Source: Torpedo marmorata (taxonomy: Eukaryota). Taken from it: a stretch of DNA of 64,000 nucleotides. Made by a program: the position numbers and the translations under genes. This document shows, in pieces, positions 1-13,203 of this stretch; the stretch's first letter is position 1, and the number at the start of each line of letters is the position of its first letter. The notes below the pieces were generated by a model. That model had not been told where the DNA came from. It did no database searches and worked only from the letters and a program-made list of their open reading frames with translations. Location of the stretch: assembly GCA_977017645.1 (NCBI GenBank), contig OZ360252.1, positions 21,886,001-21,950,000 on the forward strand, written 5' to 3'.

Positions 1-949
1 GTCTTTGGTGACATTCCGAATTACAGCTTTAAAATTCTGCTGTCATCCTCAGAGGACTTTGGCAGAAGTACCAGTCAGGAAAGGAATGAGATGCTAAGGA
101 GTATTTGTTGATGGCTTCATTGGTTGTGTGTGTTATACAGGCTGATTTCCTTTCTCCTTTCCCCGCTCTTTGCTAAACTGGGTTTGTGTTCATTAAGCAG
201 AGGATTGGTCATGCAAGGGTGTGAGAGACTTTGGTGAACTTTACCAAAGGTAACTATCAGCTGAGAAGCCCATTCACTATTGTCCATGGCCTTGTAAGAG
301 ACCACCGGCAAATTTGAGGAACAACCTTGTATTTCGTCTTGGCGCTCTCCAACTAGACAGCATCGACAATTTCCATTAACGTGCTGCCCTGCGTCTCTCT
401 CTTTCCTTGCCTCTCTTTCTCCTTTCCTCCAGATCCCCACCCCTTCCCTTCCTTCTCCTATCAGAGAGCTACCTTTGTTAGCCCTCTGTCTCCTCCCCAT
501 CACTTCTCAGCTTCTTTCTCTTCTTCCCTCCCACCTATGACCTCTTACCTGTTAGCCTGTGCTCCTCAATCCCCTCCCCCACCCCACCCCACTTTTTTTA
601 TTCGGGCGTCTACCTGTTTTTCCAGATTCCAGATGAAGGGCTTCGGCCCGAGACGTTGGTTATCCTTCACTTCCTATGGATGCTGCATGACCTTCTCCAG
701 CACGTTTGTGCTTTGCACTACATCAACTGCTTCTCAGACTGCTGTGGAGAACTGCTTGTGTATTAAAAGTTTAAAAAAAACAATGCTGTTTGACCTGCTG
801 AGTTTCTCCAGCATTATTTTTACTTCAAACAGAGTGTCTGCAGACTTGCGTGTTTTACTTCTTGCTTGTGTATTAAACTGGGATCCGAATGTTCGGAATA
901 CTTTTCCTAACCGGAGGCTGAGACTTTTCTTCCTTGGTTGGGACCTTTC

Positions 950-2295
950 TCCCTGGAGCATAGGAGACTGAGGACCTTGTATAGAGGTATACAAGATCAT
1001 GAGAGGCATAGATCAGGTAAATAGTCATAAATCTGTTTCCTCGGGTAGGGGAATCTAAAGCTTTAGGGCAGGGGTCTTCAAAGTGGTCGATATCGACCCC
1101 TGGGGGTCGATGGGACTATCCAAGGGGTCGATAAATGCCAGGGGGTCGATAAACGCCGGGTGGAGGGGGGTCGATTGAACTTTTGCGGTGGAAAGCAAGG
1201 GCGTGTCTACGGAAAATAGCGCCTAAGACAGGGGTGGCCAACCTCTCGCGAGAGCGAGCCTTGGTGGATGCCATGTTGCATTTGGCTTCGGCCTTTTAAT
1301 AAGTTGAGAGCGAACGGGAGGACGGACGGAGCGTAGAAGAAAGAGGTATGCGTTCTTTCTACTTTTGGTAGCGCCCCACCCCCGGCCAGCTCCGCCACCA
1401 TCACCCCCCCCCCACCCCCCCCCGCCCGAGGGATTCCATGCCTGGGGGTCCATGAGAGATCAAGGATTCCATGAAGGGGTCGATGGTCTTAAAAAGTTTT
1501 TGGGGCCCCTGCTTTAGGGCATAGATTTGAGGTGAGAGGGGAAAGATGTAAAAGGGACGAGAGGGGCAACATTTTCAGGGAGGGCGGTGGGTATATGGAA
1601 CAAGCTGCCGGAGGAAGTGGTAGAAGTCACTGTTCTATACGATCGATGTCGTCAAGCTGGAGAGGGTGCAGAGAGGATTTACGAGGATGTTGCCAGGACT
1701 CGGGGGCCTGAGCTACAGGGAGAGGTTGAACAAGCTGGGGCTTTATTCCTTGGAGCACAGGAGGATGAGGGGTGATCTCATAGAGGTGGACAACATCATG
1801 AGAGGAATAGATCGGGTGAACGCAGAGTCTTTTGCCCAGAGTAGGGGAATCGTTAACCGGGGACATAGGTTTAAGGTGGGGGTGAGAGATGTAACAGGAA
1901 CCTGAGGGGTAACATTTTTGCACAGAGGGCGGTGGGTGTGTGGAACGGGCTGCCGGAGGAGGTGGTTGAGGCAGGGACTATTGCAACGTTTAGGAAACAT
2001 TTGGATGGAAACATGGATAGGGTGGGTTTAGAGGGATATGGGCCAAACGCAGGCAGGTGGGACGAGTGTGCGTGGGACATTTTTGTTGGCATAGGCAAGT
2101 TGGGCCGAAGGTCCTGTTCCCTAGCTGTGTGACTCTCAAGAATCTAAGGTGGGGACGATTGTAATATTTAAGGAAACGTTTAGACAGGTACACGGAGAGG
2201 AAAGGTTTTGAGGGACATGTCCCAAATGCAGGCAAATGAGACGAGCTCAGGTAGACATTGGGCTGAAGGGCTGGTTTGCATGCTGTAAAATTCTA
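950..2295 (+). mobile_element. Cluster of 5'-truncated CR1 LINE 3' fragments
   Basis: ORF2 C-terminal peptides RGFTRMLPGL...RRMRGDLIEV, WNGLPEEVVEAGT; repeated gggccgaagg...ctgt 3' tails. Confidence 0.85.
1069..1511. mobile_element. Non-autonomous hAT-type DNA transposon inserted in CR1
   Basis: CAGGGG...CCCCTG termini; perfect 8-bp TSD ctttaggg (1061-1068, 1512-1519); ggggtcgat subterminal repeats. Confidence 0.9.
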
Positions 2296-2837
2296 TGACC
2301 ATTGTCTCTCTGCAAACCTCTCGTCCTATCTGGCTCTCTGTCCACAGATGCCCTCTTGCTGACAGTGCTGCCGCAAGAGGCCACTCAGTGGTCAAAGCCC
2401 ATGCTGGCTGCCAGCTGGATAATCTGTCAGCCCCAATCCCCCACCCCTCTGCTCCTTATCACCCTGGCACCCCCCGAATCAGATTCCCTCTCACTTCCCT
2501 TTGATTCTTTCGCTACTTACCAACATCAGGGAGGGTAGTTACTGGTAGACAGTTAATCTCATGGGTGGCACAGTTAGTGTAGCGGTTAGCGCAACACGAT
2601 CACATTCAGCATATTTTATTCTCCAGGAGTCGTAGAGATTTTTTTTGAATTTCTAAAACTCGCAAGATTACTTTCTCCTTGCAACCAAATTGAAGCTCAT
2701 CTTGTCTTCCATTCTTCAATTCTTCCCTTTTGAATAGTTATTCATCTATTTTGATCCCTTAATTCCATAACCTTGCCTCTTCTAATGGGAATTCAGATAT
2801 TAGTGAACGTTGGTGGAATGGACGAGTTTTTAAACAA

Positions 2838-3047
2838 TGGTGGCTCAGTTAGCGCAACACTATGACAGCACCAGTGACCCAGGTACGAATCCGACGAATG
2901 TTCTCCCCGTGTCTGCGTTGGCTTCCTCCGGGCGCTCCGGTTTCTCTCCCATCCTCCAAAATGTACGGGGTTGGTAGGTTAATGGGTGTATTTAGGTGGC
3001 GCGGGCCGGAAGGGCCTGTTACTGTGCTCTATGTCTAAATTTAAAAT
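2838..3047 (+). mobile_element. tRNA-derived V-SINE (HE1-like)
   Basis: degenerate A/B boxes, V-domain gttctccccgtgtctgcg...tccggttt, CR1-like tail gggccggaagggcctgtt...gtctaaattta. Confidence 0.8.
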
Positions 3048-3405
3048 TGACCAGCGCATCAGGAAGCTCATGGACAGCGGGAAAAAGTGCAGACAAACTC
3101 CGGGCAGACAGCACCAGAGCTCAGGGTCGAACGCTGACCGCTTGAGATTTCAATTTCCCCTGTCCATCCTCCTGTCCTCTACCTGCGTCCTCATTCTGAA
3201 TAACAAAAGTAATGAACCCGTTCAGCACATAAAATTCCATGTCTACAACATTCATTGCTCAAAAGAAAAGAGAAAATGAATTGACTTTAGCAAGGCCTTT
3301 GACAAGGTCCCGCACGGGAGGTTGGTCAGGGAGGGCGGTTGGTATTCAAGATGATGTATAAATTGGATCAGACGTTGGGTTTGTGGGAAAAGCTAGTGAT
3401 TGGTA

Positions 3406-3750
3406 CAGGTTGTACCTCTTTAATCCGGCGACATTGGGACCTGGCCATTGCCGGACCACAGAAAATGCCGGAAGACAGAAATGGACCCCTAAGGGAACGC
3501 TTATTAGCACTAGTACCATCTTCTGCACCTCTTGGTCTCTTGGATGACATCCTGAAGGGCTAAAATACAGCTGAATATAAGAAATTAACAGGAATGTATC
3601 ACCAAAACACTTGGCTGCAGTGTAAACAGATTTTGGCGCATTAGCGCTGCTAACAGCCCTGATCCACAAACTAACGGCGGCAGATTCAAAACGTGCCGGA
3701 CCTCGGGAGTTTCCGGACCACAGAGCGCCGGATTAGAGAGGTACAACCTG
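3406..3750. mobile_element. Tc1/mariner(pogo/Tigger)-type MITE inserted in a CR1 fragment
   Basis: TIRs caggttgtacctc(t)taatccggc / gccggattagagaggtacaacctg; TA on both sides; CR1 sequence resumes after it. Confidence 0.88.
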
Positions 3751-4644
3751 TAGTAGAGGATTGCCTCTCTGACTGGAGAGTCTGCATCTCACTGGATGTG
3801 CAGTTGGCCATTTCCTCAACATCCTTGTGCATTGTTTTCTGAGCTTTCCACCTTAGAGCCCCATTCACCCCACTGGGCCCGTGCTGACCACCAGCCACCC
3901 ATTTGGACAAATCCCTACGTTCCATGAGATTCTGTGGCTCTCCTGTGCACTCGGGGCCACTGATCCACCAACCCATGCGTCTTTGGGTTAGAGGCAACTG
4001 GAGGAAATGCACGTTGTCGCAGAGAGATCATGCGGGCTCCACACAATCAGCACTGGAGTTCAGATCAAACCTGGGTCTCTGGTGCTGCGAGGCGGAAGCC
4101 CCGCTCGCTGTGCCACAGTGCTGCCCACTGCGTCCAGTGTGACTGTGGTTCACAGAGTTCAACAGTGCAGAAACAGGCCCTTTGGCCCATCCATGCCGGC
4201 CAAGCTAGTCCCATTTGCCTGTGTTCAGCCCTTATCCCTCTCAACCTTTCCTACCAACACACCTGTCTAAATGCCTTTTAAATGTTGTAACTGTATCTGT
4301 CTTCACCACTTCCTCTGGCAGCCCTTCCAGACACCCACCACCACCTGTGTGAAGAAGTTGCCCCTCGTGGCCCTTTTAAATCTTTTCCCTCTCCCCTTAT
4401 TGAATGCCTTCCAGTTTTAAACATCCTTTCCCTCAGCGACCTTTTGCTGTTTTTTCTTTTTTTTTTTAGAGATATAGCACCGTAACAGGCCCTTCTGGCC
4501 CACGAGCCCATGCTGCCCAAATACACCCATGTGACCAATTAACCTACTAACCCCATATGTTTTGAAGATGGGAGGAAACCGGAGCACCCGGAGGAAACCC
4601 TTTTTCTAATCAATATTTCTGTGTCTCAGTTGTTCCGTCCGTCA

Positions 4645-4780
4645 ATGTGTGTTTGTACGTCTCTGTGTGTGTGTGTCTGTGTGTGTGTCTCTGTGTCTCT
4701 CTCTGTCTGTGTGTGTGTGTGTGTGTCTCTGTGTGTGTGTCTATGTGTCTCTGTCGTGTGTGTGTCTGTCTGCCTCTCTC
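4645..4780. repeat. Compound (TG)n/(TC)n microsatellite
   Basis: directly visible. Confidence 0.95.
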
Positions 4781-6459
4781 GGCCTCTCCCTATCTCCCAG
4801 CATTGAGAGGGTGCTATTACCCACAGCTGTGTACCTTAACCATCTGTTGAAAGTTGGGGGGTTTCCTTGACCCATCTGATGTCCTGGTGGCTCCAAGTTG
4901 GATTCTGTTCCCTAAGGAAGCCTAAACAAGGCTATAACAGCGCCAGCGACCCAGGTTCGAATCCGCCGCTGTCTGTAAGGAGTTTGTACGTTCTCCCCGT
5001 GACCTGCGTGGGTTTCCTCTCGGTGCTCCGGTTTCGTCCCCACCTCCAAAATGCATGGGGTTTATAAGTTAATTGGGTGGCACGGGTTTCATGGGCTGGA
5101 AGGGCCTTTGTATGGTATCGTCAAAATTAAAAAAAAAAAAAAAATCTTGTATCCACAGTCCTTTAGAATCAGGGGCCGTTCAGTTTAGCTCAGTCAGCCA
5201 ATGTATTGCCTTTGATTAGTGTCCAGTACACATTGAAACCAATGCAATGGCAGAGTCAGGTTTCCTGCTGTTACTTTGAAAGGACAGAGACAATGCTGGA
5301 AAAGCACAATCGGACACTGACTGGATTGGTCTGTGGGAGCTGACAAACTGCCCTCGATCCAGCAGCTTCTGCACATTCTAGATTTCAGCACATGCTGTTT
5401 AAACTTTGTCTCTATTGTTCCCCATTCTCTCTCTCGTGAAAATTCCAGCCCCCGTTTATGCGAGTTCACAGAACTTCCCTCCTCATCATCAAACAGGTTA
5501 GGACTTTGTTCCCTGGAGCGTCGGGGAACGAGGGGAGATTTGATAGAGGGATACCAAATTATGAGAGGAATAGATAAGAGTAAATGCAACCAACTGAGAT
5601 TGGGTGAGACAAGAACTAGAGGACAGAGGTTAGGAGTGAAAGGGGAAAAGTTTAAAGGGAACCTCTTCATGCAGAGAGTGGTGGAAGTGTGGACAGGTAC
5701 ATGGATGGGAGGGATATGGTCCGGGTGCAGGTCAGTGGGTCGAGGCAGAATGTACTGTGCTGTAATGTTCTCTGGTTCTATCATCATCATGGATCCATCC
5801 CCCAGAATGTACAATATAGAACATTACAGCACAGTGGAGGCCCTTCGGCCCACAATGTTGTACCGACCTATGTAAACCTGCTCCACAACAATCTAAACCT
5901 TCCCTCCCTCACACCCATAACCCTCTATTTTTCTTACATCCATGCGCCTGTCTAAGAGTCTTTTGAATGACCCATTTGTACCAGCCTCCACCACCACCCC
6001 TGGCAAGGCATTCAAGGCACCCGCCACTCTCTGAGTAAATAAAAAAACTTACCTCTGACATCTCCCCTAAACTTTCCTCTCTGTGCCTTTATCTTTGCTA
6101 TATAAAGTACAGTGTTATGACCTGCTGAGTTTCTCCAGCATTGTTTCTTTACTTCAATCACAGTGTCTGTAGATTTTTGTGTTTTACTTCTTAAAACAGG
6201 TGTCCTCTGGAATTTAAATATCTCTTGGTTCAGCCAGCAATTTCTTTCGCCTCTCACTATCCCAATCTCCCTGTCTTTATTAACTCCCTTTACAAATGCA
6301 GAACATAAGGGAGGAAAGTTTAGGGAGACATCAGGGGTACGTTTTTTTTACACAGAGAGTTGTTGGTGCCTGGAATGCATTGCCAGGGGTGGTGGTGGAG
6401 GCTGGAACAATGGGGGCATTTAAGAGAGAGGCACAGGATGAAATTTCAATTCTCCATCC

Positions 6460-6925
6460 CATTCCCTTGCCGACATGGTCTCATGCACTGCCAGACTGAG
6501 ACCACCCGTAAACTGGAGGAACAACACCTCATCTTCCGACTGGGCACCCTCCAACCGGATGGCATTAATAACGACTTCTCTGGCTTTCGTTAAACACCAC
6601 CACCCCCCCCCCCCCAACCCTTGCTTCCCCCGTCGTCTCTCCATTCCCTGTCTCCTTTCGCACAGACATGATAAATTCCACCTCGTCCCTTATCATATCC
6701 AGTTAATACCTTTTGTTGGTCTGGATTCCTCCCCCATTGTTTGAATTCTGAGACTTTCTGATATCTCCTGCTTCTGCCTTTTCTGATTTTTCCTTGAAGA
6801 AGGGCTCAGGCCCAAAACATCGGCAATATATCTTTGTCTCCTGTAGATGCTGAATAGACCAGCTGAGTTCCTCCAGCATTTCGATGTTTTTACTACAATC
6901 ACAGCGTCTGCAGCCTTATTGTGTT
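6460..6925 (+). mobile_element. Penelope-like element 3' fragment (GIY-YIG C-terminus plus terminal region with hammerhead-like motif)
   Basis: HGLMHCQTETTRKLEEQHLIFRLGTLQPDGINNDFS homologous to the copy at 54871-56807; ttgaagaagggctcaggcccaaaac. Confidence 0.85.
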
Positions 6926-8059
6926 TCTCTCACATGGATGAAAGAAAAATAGAGGGTTATGAGGTAGGGAAGGTTTAGTATATTTTTTTGGTAGGTATAG
7001 ATGGGTTAGCACAACATCGTAGGCCGAAGGGCCTGTACTGTGCTGTAACGTTCTATGTAATTGCAAGGTTTGGGGATGGATGTTTGAAACAGGAGGTGCT
7101 GAATCTCTGGAGTTCTCTACCCTGGAGGGTGGTGGAGGTTAGAATTTTGGGGATATTTAAAGAGAAGGCCGTAACATTTTTTTGGAAGACTGAGAGCCTT
7201 TTGGAGCTGGCAGAGGAGGAGTTGAGACGAGGGCAGATCAGTCATGGCTGGATGGGAGGAGGGAGGTGTGCCAAGTGGCCGACACAAACTCGTATTTTCT
7301 TATTGATTACCATTTTGTATTGAAAGGACTGCATTTCTGCAGCACCTGTCACAACCTCAGGGCCTCTCTCTTTCCCTATGTCTCCCCAGACTCTTCCCTC
7401 TTCATTCAGAGAGCCTATTGCTTCTCAGCTGCTCTTCTACCCTCCCACCTGCATTCGTCCACATAACCTCTTAGCTATGCTCCCCCCCCCCCCGCCCTTT
7501 CCTCCCTCCTCTAGGTAGGTGGAGATCAGCTTATCATCAGATTAGCCATGATCTCATTGAATGGCAGAGCAGGCTCGACCGGCCGGATGGTCTACTCCTG
7601 CTCCTAGTTCTTATGTTCTCTCCTCCCCCTACCTTTATATTCAGGTGCCTGCCTGCTTTTTGCTCATTCCTTCATGAAGGGCTCCGGCCCAAAGCGATGG
7701 TTACCCTTTACTTCTTGTAGATACTGTGTGACCTGCTGAGTTTCACCAGCACTTTGGTGTATTGTGTAACCCTGGGGATTCCCAGCGCATCTATTTCCAG
7801 CACAGTGCAGTAGGATACCGGTGCTTTCAATACTAACGGTAATGGGCCTAATTCTTGCCTTTTTCCCCCAATGGCCAAGAACTCGAGGGCTGAACCTGGG
7901 TCCCACCTTGGAGGTCATGGGCTTGAAGTTGCCGCCTGCCTCTGTCCAGAGTGGTGGGTCCAACTGGTCACAGAGCAGCGATGGAATGGCAGGGGTTGAA
8001 GCAAGGAGAAGGGACCTCATTGGGATGAGTTTCTTCAACCTGCAATACATTCAGTTTTC

Positions 8060-8312
8060 AAATTTAAAAAAATGTATTTACAGCACAGTAGAAGCCGGTT
8101 CCGGACATTTAAACCCCTGCTGCCCAATTGCAACCAAATTAGCCTACAACCCCCGTACGTTTTGAAGGGTGGGAGGAAAGCAGAGCACCCGGGGAAAACC
8201 CACGCAGACACGGGGAGAACGTACAAACTCCTTACAGACAGCGCGGGATTGGAATCCGTGTCACTGGCGTTGTCATAGTATTGTGTTATCCACTACGCTA
8301 ACCGTGCCGCCC
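8060..8312 (-). mobile_element. tRNA-derived V-SINE (HE1-like)
   Basis: reverse complement of gggcggcacggttagcgtag head, V-domain and CR1-type tail. Confidence 0.85.
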
Positions 8313-8747
8313 TTATTTGAGTAGATGCTGGCGATCCTTTGGGAAAACGTGCATGGATTTGTTATAATTTTGTCCTTCAAGCTAACAGTTTTGCCTTCAG
8401 CCTCTTCAGTAAAATAAATCAGGTTAGATGGTTGGTGTCACCCCTCGTCGACAGTGGGACCTTGTGCATGTGTCGGCTGCTCCACCTGCCTGCTTAACAG
8501 CGGTCATTGACAACGTTAACGATAATGAGTTTATTGTCATATACACTGTGCAACGCACATAGGCACCAAAATTCTCACTTGCTTTAGCTGAACAGGTACT
8601 TGTACAAAAAAAAACACTAGAAAAGTAAACTGAATTGAATTAACAAGGACACTAAATACCTGACTATTAGCGTAGCGGTTAGGTCAACGCTGTCGCAGTG
8701 TCAGCGACCCGGGTTCGAATCCACCGCTGTCTGTAAGGAGTTTGTAC

Positions 8748-9569
8748 TGTTACAAATTCAAACCAGCAACGACAGAAGACGCAATGCAAAAGGGGTAAAA
8801 TTGAAATGTATATTTATTAAAGACAATTAAACATATAATTTCTTAACAATAAACCCCACTGTAAACGTCTATAAACACTATTCTTATCTAAAGAGTGTGC
8901 GTGTGTAAAGCCCAGACCATTACAGTCTGTGCCCAACCCTCATGTAAAAATGGAAAACCTTCCCCAAAACCCCCAGGTCAGTCATAAAATAAGTCAGTCC
9001 CAAAAATACAGTCCACAAAAATCACTCTCTATGTTCAGAGATCAAATTCAGCTCTGTGTGCTGGCACGAAGGACTTCTTAATGAACGTTGGAGAGAGAGA
9101 CAATGACTGTTTAAGCTTACGAATGCTTGGCCTGCTTTTCTTCCCTGATAACTTTCCCTTTTGGTCGGTGCATGAGGATTGCGATTCCAAATTAGTATTG
9201 TTTGAGGCGTATACTTGGATCTCACAGCCTGTCTCGCTGATCTCACGCCTGTTCTCCACGAAAGTTGCTTTATCTCAGTCTTTTACTGATAAAGGAGGCC
9301 ATGTGCTCTTCTCCACAGCCTTTCTAGCTGGAAATGCACAAGCCTCTGGTTTTGCTGTGTTGCTCCAGCCTTTTGCAACTCCAGACTGAATGCTTTTCGC
9401 AAAGTTTTGAACCTGCTTTTGCAAAAATGCAACAAAGTATCTTTCCACAGCCTGTCTCTCTCTCTGAGCACAACCAGTCCTGGGCAAGTTAACTCTTTCA
9501 GTACCTGGTCCCAGTGTGTACTTCCTGCTGACCGTCCGCTGTCCAAATGGTCAGTCATGGACAATAACA
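8748..9569 (-). mobile_element. Solo LTR (probably Gypsy-type) inserted into a V-SINE
   Basis: TGTTA...TAACA inverted termini; 4-bp near-TSD gtac/gtat; SINE continues on both sides; second copy at 34614-35354; AATAAA on the minus strand near the left end. Confidence 0.8.
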
Positions 9570-9863
9570 GTATGTGGGCTTCCTCCGGGTTCTCTAATTT
9601 CCTTCCACCCTCCAAAAACGTCCGGGGGTTAGTAGGTTAATTGGCCACATGGGTGAATTTGGGCGGCATGGGCTCGTGGTTCGGAAGGGCCTGTTACCGT
9701 GCTGTATCTCCAAATTAAAATTAAACACTGAGGTAGATAACAAATATGCACAGTGATCATAGTGCAAAATAAAAAGCGACTTGCAGTGGTGCAGACAGTC
9801 CTTTTGTGGTGTCGGAGCAGTCCTTGATTAGTGTAGCAGGGGAGGTTCAAGAGCCTGATAGCT

Positions 9864-10543
9864 CTGGTTTATGTTTTAGATGTAATAGAGAGGAAGGTTC
9901 TTTTGTACATTCTACATGGCTTTGTCCAAAGATATATGATTTCTGGTTGAAAGTTTAAAAGTTTTTAGATAAAGTATTAAGAATTACACTCCCAATGGAT
10001 CCTATGATATTTCTATTTGGAGATATTAAAAGAATTAGTACCAAGATGAAATTAAATATGTATCAAATAGAATTTTTGCGAATTGCTTTAGCTGTTTCTA
10101 AGAAATGTATTGCTATTACATGGAAATCTGATGTAGATTTAGGGTTAGAAAGATGGCATGCAGAACTTCGTTCAGCTATACCACTTGAAAAAATTACTTA
10201 TAATTTACGTAACAAATATCATTTCTTTTTGAAAATATGGAGCCCATATATAAAAACGGTTGGTTTAAGGATTTGAAGATCTCTGGATATCAGATCTGAC
10301 TGGCGAACCTATTTTCCACAATAAAATTAGTTTATAGATGTGTTTTCTCTAGATTGACATTCTCCTTATTCTATCTTTTTCTTTTTTTCTTTTCCATTTT
10401 ACTAGATTAGTAGGGGTGGGAGGGTTAGGGAGGGGAGGGAGGGTGGGGGGGAGAAAATGTATCACATGTATTTTGATAATTTTGCATTTTATACAGTGTA
10501 TTGTGTGATTTAAAAATTTTAAATAAAATATTAAAAAAAAAAA
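9864..10543 (+). mobile_element. 5'-truncated L1, same subfamily as 21436-27289
   Basis: ORF2 C-terminus nearly identical to that of the 677-aa ORF; AATAAA and polyA; 15-bp TSD aagagcctgatagct (9849-9863, 10544-10558). Confidence 0.93.
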
Positions 10544-11229
10544 AAGAGCCTGATAGCTGTTGGAAAGAAAAAGTTGCTCCCGTGGTAGGAGAGTCAAGGA
10601 CAAGAGGGCACAACTTCAGGATTGAAGGGTGCCCATTTACAACAGAGATGCGGAGGAATTTCTTTAGCCAGAGAGTGGGGAACCTCTGGAATTTTCTACC
10701 ACGGGCGGCTGTGGAGGCCTGGTCATTGGGTGTATTTAAGGCAGAGATTAATAGGTATCTGAATAGTCAGGGTATCAAGGGTTATGGGGAGAAGGCAGGG
10801 GAGTGGGGCTGAGTGGGAGAATGGATCAGCTCATGATGGAATGGCGGAGCAGACTCGATGGGCTGAATGGCCTACTTCTGCTCCTATATCTAATGGTCTT
10901 ATTAAAAACTGTTCTTAAACCTGGCGGTGATGGTTTTCATGTTGCTAAATGAAAGCTGTACACTCCACTGGGAATGACGGTGCCCATCTGGAAACCAAAT
11001 TTTGGTGTGCTCAGTGTTTTTTTTGACCAGCAAGCTCAATATTGGCAAGCAAGACGGTCGGGTTGTTATGAAACAGCAATGATGCCTTTTTTTGGAAATG
11101 TACCTATAATCTGTGCACATGTGCGTGCATGAGTTTATGCATGTGTTTGCGTATATATGCGTAGGTCTGTGTGTATTTGTACACATGCGCGGGTCTGCTT
11201 GTGTATGTTTTTGTGTGTGCACCAGTTTA

Positions 11230-11940
11230 GAACATAAGAAATAGGAGCAGGAGTCGGCCATCCAGCCCGTCGAGCCTGCTCCACCATTCAATGAGATCAT
11301 GGCTGATCTGATGATAAGCTCATCTCCACCCACCTGCCTTTTCCCCATATCCCTTAATTCCCCTACTATGTAAAAATCTATCCAACTTTGTCTTAAATAT
11401 ATTTACTGAGGTCGCCTCCACTGCTTCAATGGGCAGCGAATTCCATAGATTCACCACTCTCTGGGAAAAGCAGTTCCTCCTCATCTCCGTCCTAAATCTA
11501 CTACCCCGAATCTTGAGGCGATGTCCCCTACCAATGGAAACAACTTGCCTACCTCTAACTTATCTATGCCTATCATAATTTTATACGTTTCTTTAAGATC
11601 CCTTATCATTCTTCTAAATTCCAGTGAGTACAGTTCCGGACAACTCAATCTCTCCTCAGGCTAACCCCTCATCTCTGGAATCAACCTGGTGAACCTCCTC
11701 TGCACCGCCTCCAAAGCCAGTACATCCTTCCTCAAATAAGGAGACCAGAACTGCACGCAGTACTCCAGATGCGGCCTCACCAGTACCTTGTACAGTTGCA
11801 GCATAACTTCCCTGCTCCTAAATTCAATCCCTCTTGCAATGAAGGCCAATATTCCATTTGCCTTCTTGATAGTCTGCTGCACCTGCAAACCAACCTTTTG
11901 CGATTCATGCACAAGGACTCCCAAGTCCTTCTGCACGGCA
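11230..11940 (-). mobile_element. CR1 LINE 3' fragment
   Basis: QKDLGVLVH...LVRPHLEYCVQFWSPYLRKD; 3' tail ...ttcttatgttct. Confidence 0.9.
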
Positions 11941-12300
11941 GGGATTTGTGTCATTCTGGGTGTTTGTGAGTGCGCATGCGTTTATCTGCATATCTGTGTG
12001 TGCGTGGGAGTATGCCTGGGTCATTTCAGGTCATGCAAGGTGCATGCAGGGTAGATAATCAAAACCTTTTTCCTATTCTCGGGGTATCAAAAACAGGAGT
12101 GCATAGGATTAAGGTGAAAGGAGGAGTTTTTAAAGTGAATCTGTGGGAATTTTGTTTACACTGAACTGGCTTTCAAACCTGTCAAAGGACTTCCATGCTT
12201 CTGAATGTTTCAGAGGTTTAAAACTGTTGAACGTGAATTTGTTTTTAAAAAAAATAATAGTGTTTGATATCTGTAACATGATGCTGGAGAGATGCAAATA

Positions 12301-12514
12301 CAGTAAAATCCCCATTATCCAGAATTCAAGCAAGTGGCAGCCTCAAGCAACCAGCAAAAAAAATCGAGGAAAATAAATAGGTAAAAAATACAGGTTTAAA
12401 ATTGGTGTGCCATTAGTTCGCCACTCACGCAACACGCAATCTCAAGCAACCAGAAAATTCAGTTATCTGACATCTACCAATTCCCATAGGTACCAGATAC
12501 CAAGGGTTTTACTG
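12301..12514. mobile_element. Tigger-like MITE
   Basis: ta|cagtaaaa ... ttttactg|ta; homologous to both ends of the split element 54564-58193. Confidence 0.8.
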
Positions 12515-12537
12515 TACTACGTTTGAGGCATTTAGAC

Positions 12538-12853
12538 CAGTGGTTTTCAAACTTTTCTTTCCACTCACATACCGCCTAAAGTAATCCCTATGCCATAGGT
12601 GCTCTGTGATTAGTAAGGGATTGTTACTGAAATATTTTGCTTGAGAAAAATTGTCATTGGCCCATTTCCTTTGGAGTTATGAAACTGTGCACATAACGAG
12701 TCAAATTAAGTACGATTAAAACAGTGGTTTTCAAACTTTTTCTTTCCACTCGCATACCACCTTCAGTAATCCCTTACTAATCACAGAGCACCTATGGCAT
12801 AGGGATTACTTAAGGTGGTATGTGAGTGGAAAGAAAAAGTTTGAAAACCACTG
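12538..12853. mobile_element. hAT (Charlie-like) composite palindromic MITE
   Basis: cagtggttttcaaact TIRs; perfect 8-bp TSD atttagac; further copies at 48984-49378 and 63019-63372. Confidence 0.92.
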
Positions 12854-13203
12854 ATTTAGACCAACACTTAAATGGACAAGGATATGGCTCTAATGAGGGC
12901 AAATGGGATTAGTGGAGATGAGCCTTAGGGCTTGTTTCAGTGCTGTACAACTCCATAATAATTCCATAACACTCTTACCCCAGCCCGTTCAGCCTCCACT
13001 AATGTCTGAAAGTGTCCAGCCCCGGAAACATCTCTGCAAACCCACTCTTGTGCCCTCAAGTTCAAGTTTATTATCATCCGATTGTACAACCACAACCCGA
13101 TGTAACAGCGTTCTCCAGTCTTCGGTGCAAATCATGCAGACACACACCAGACATAACACGTGCGGGGGAAAAAGGTTCCCTGTGCCTCTCATGAAATTTT
13201 ATA

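Noticed and set aside
117-971. 128-aa and 196-aa ORFs
   Set aside because: Low-complexity pyrimidine-rich Penelope-end sequence; no recognisable protein
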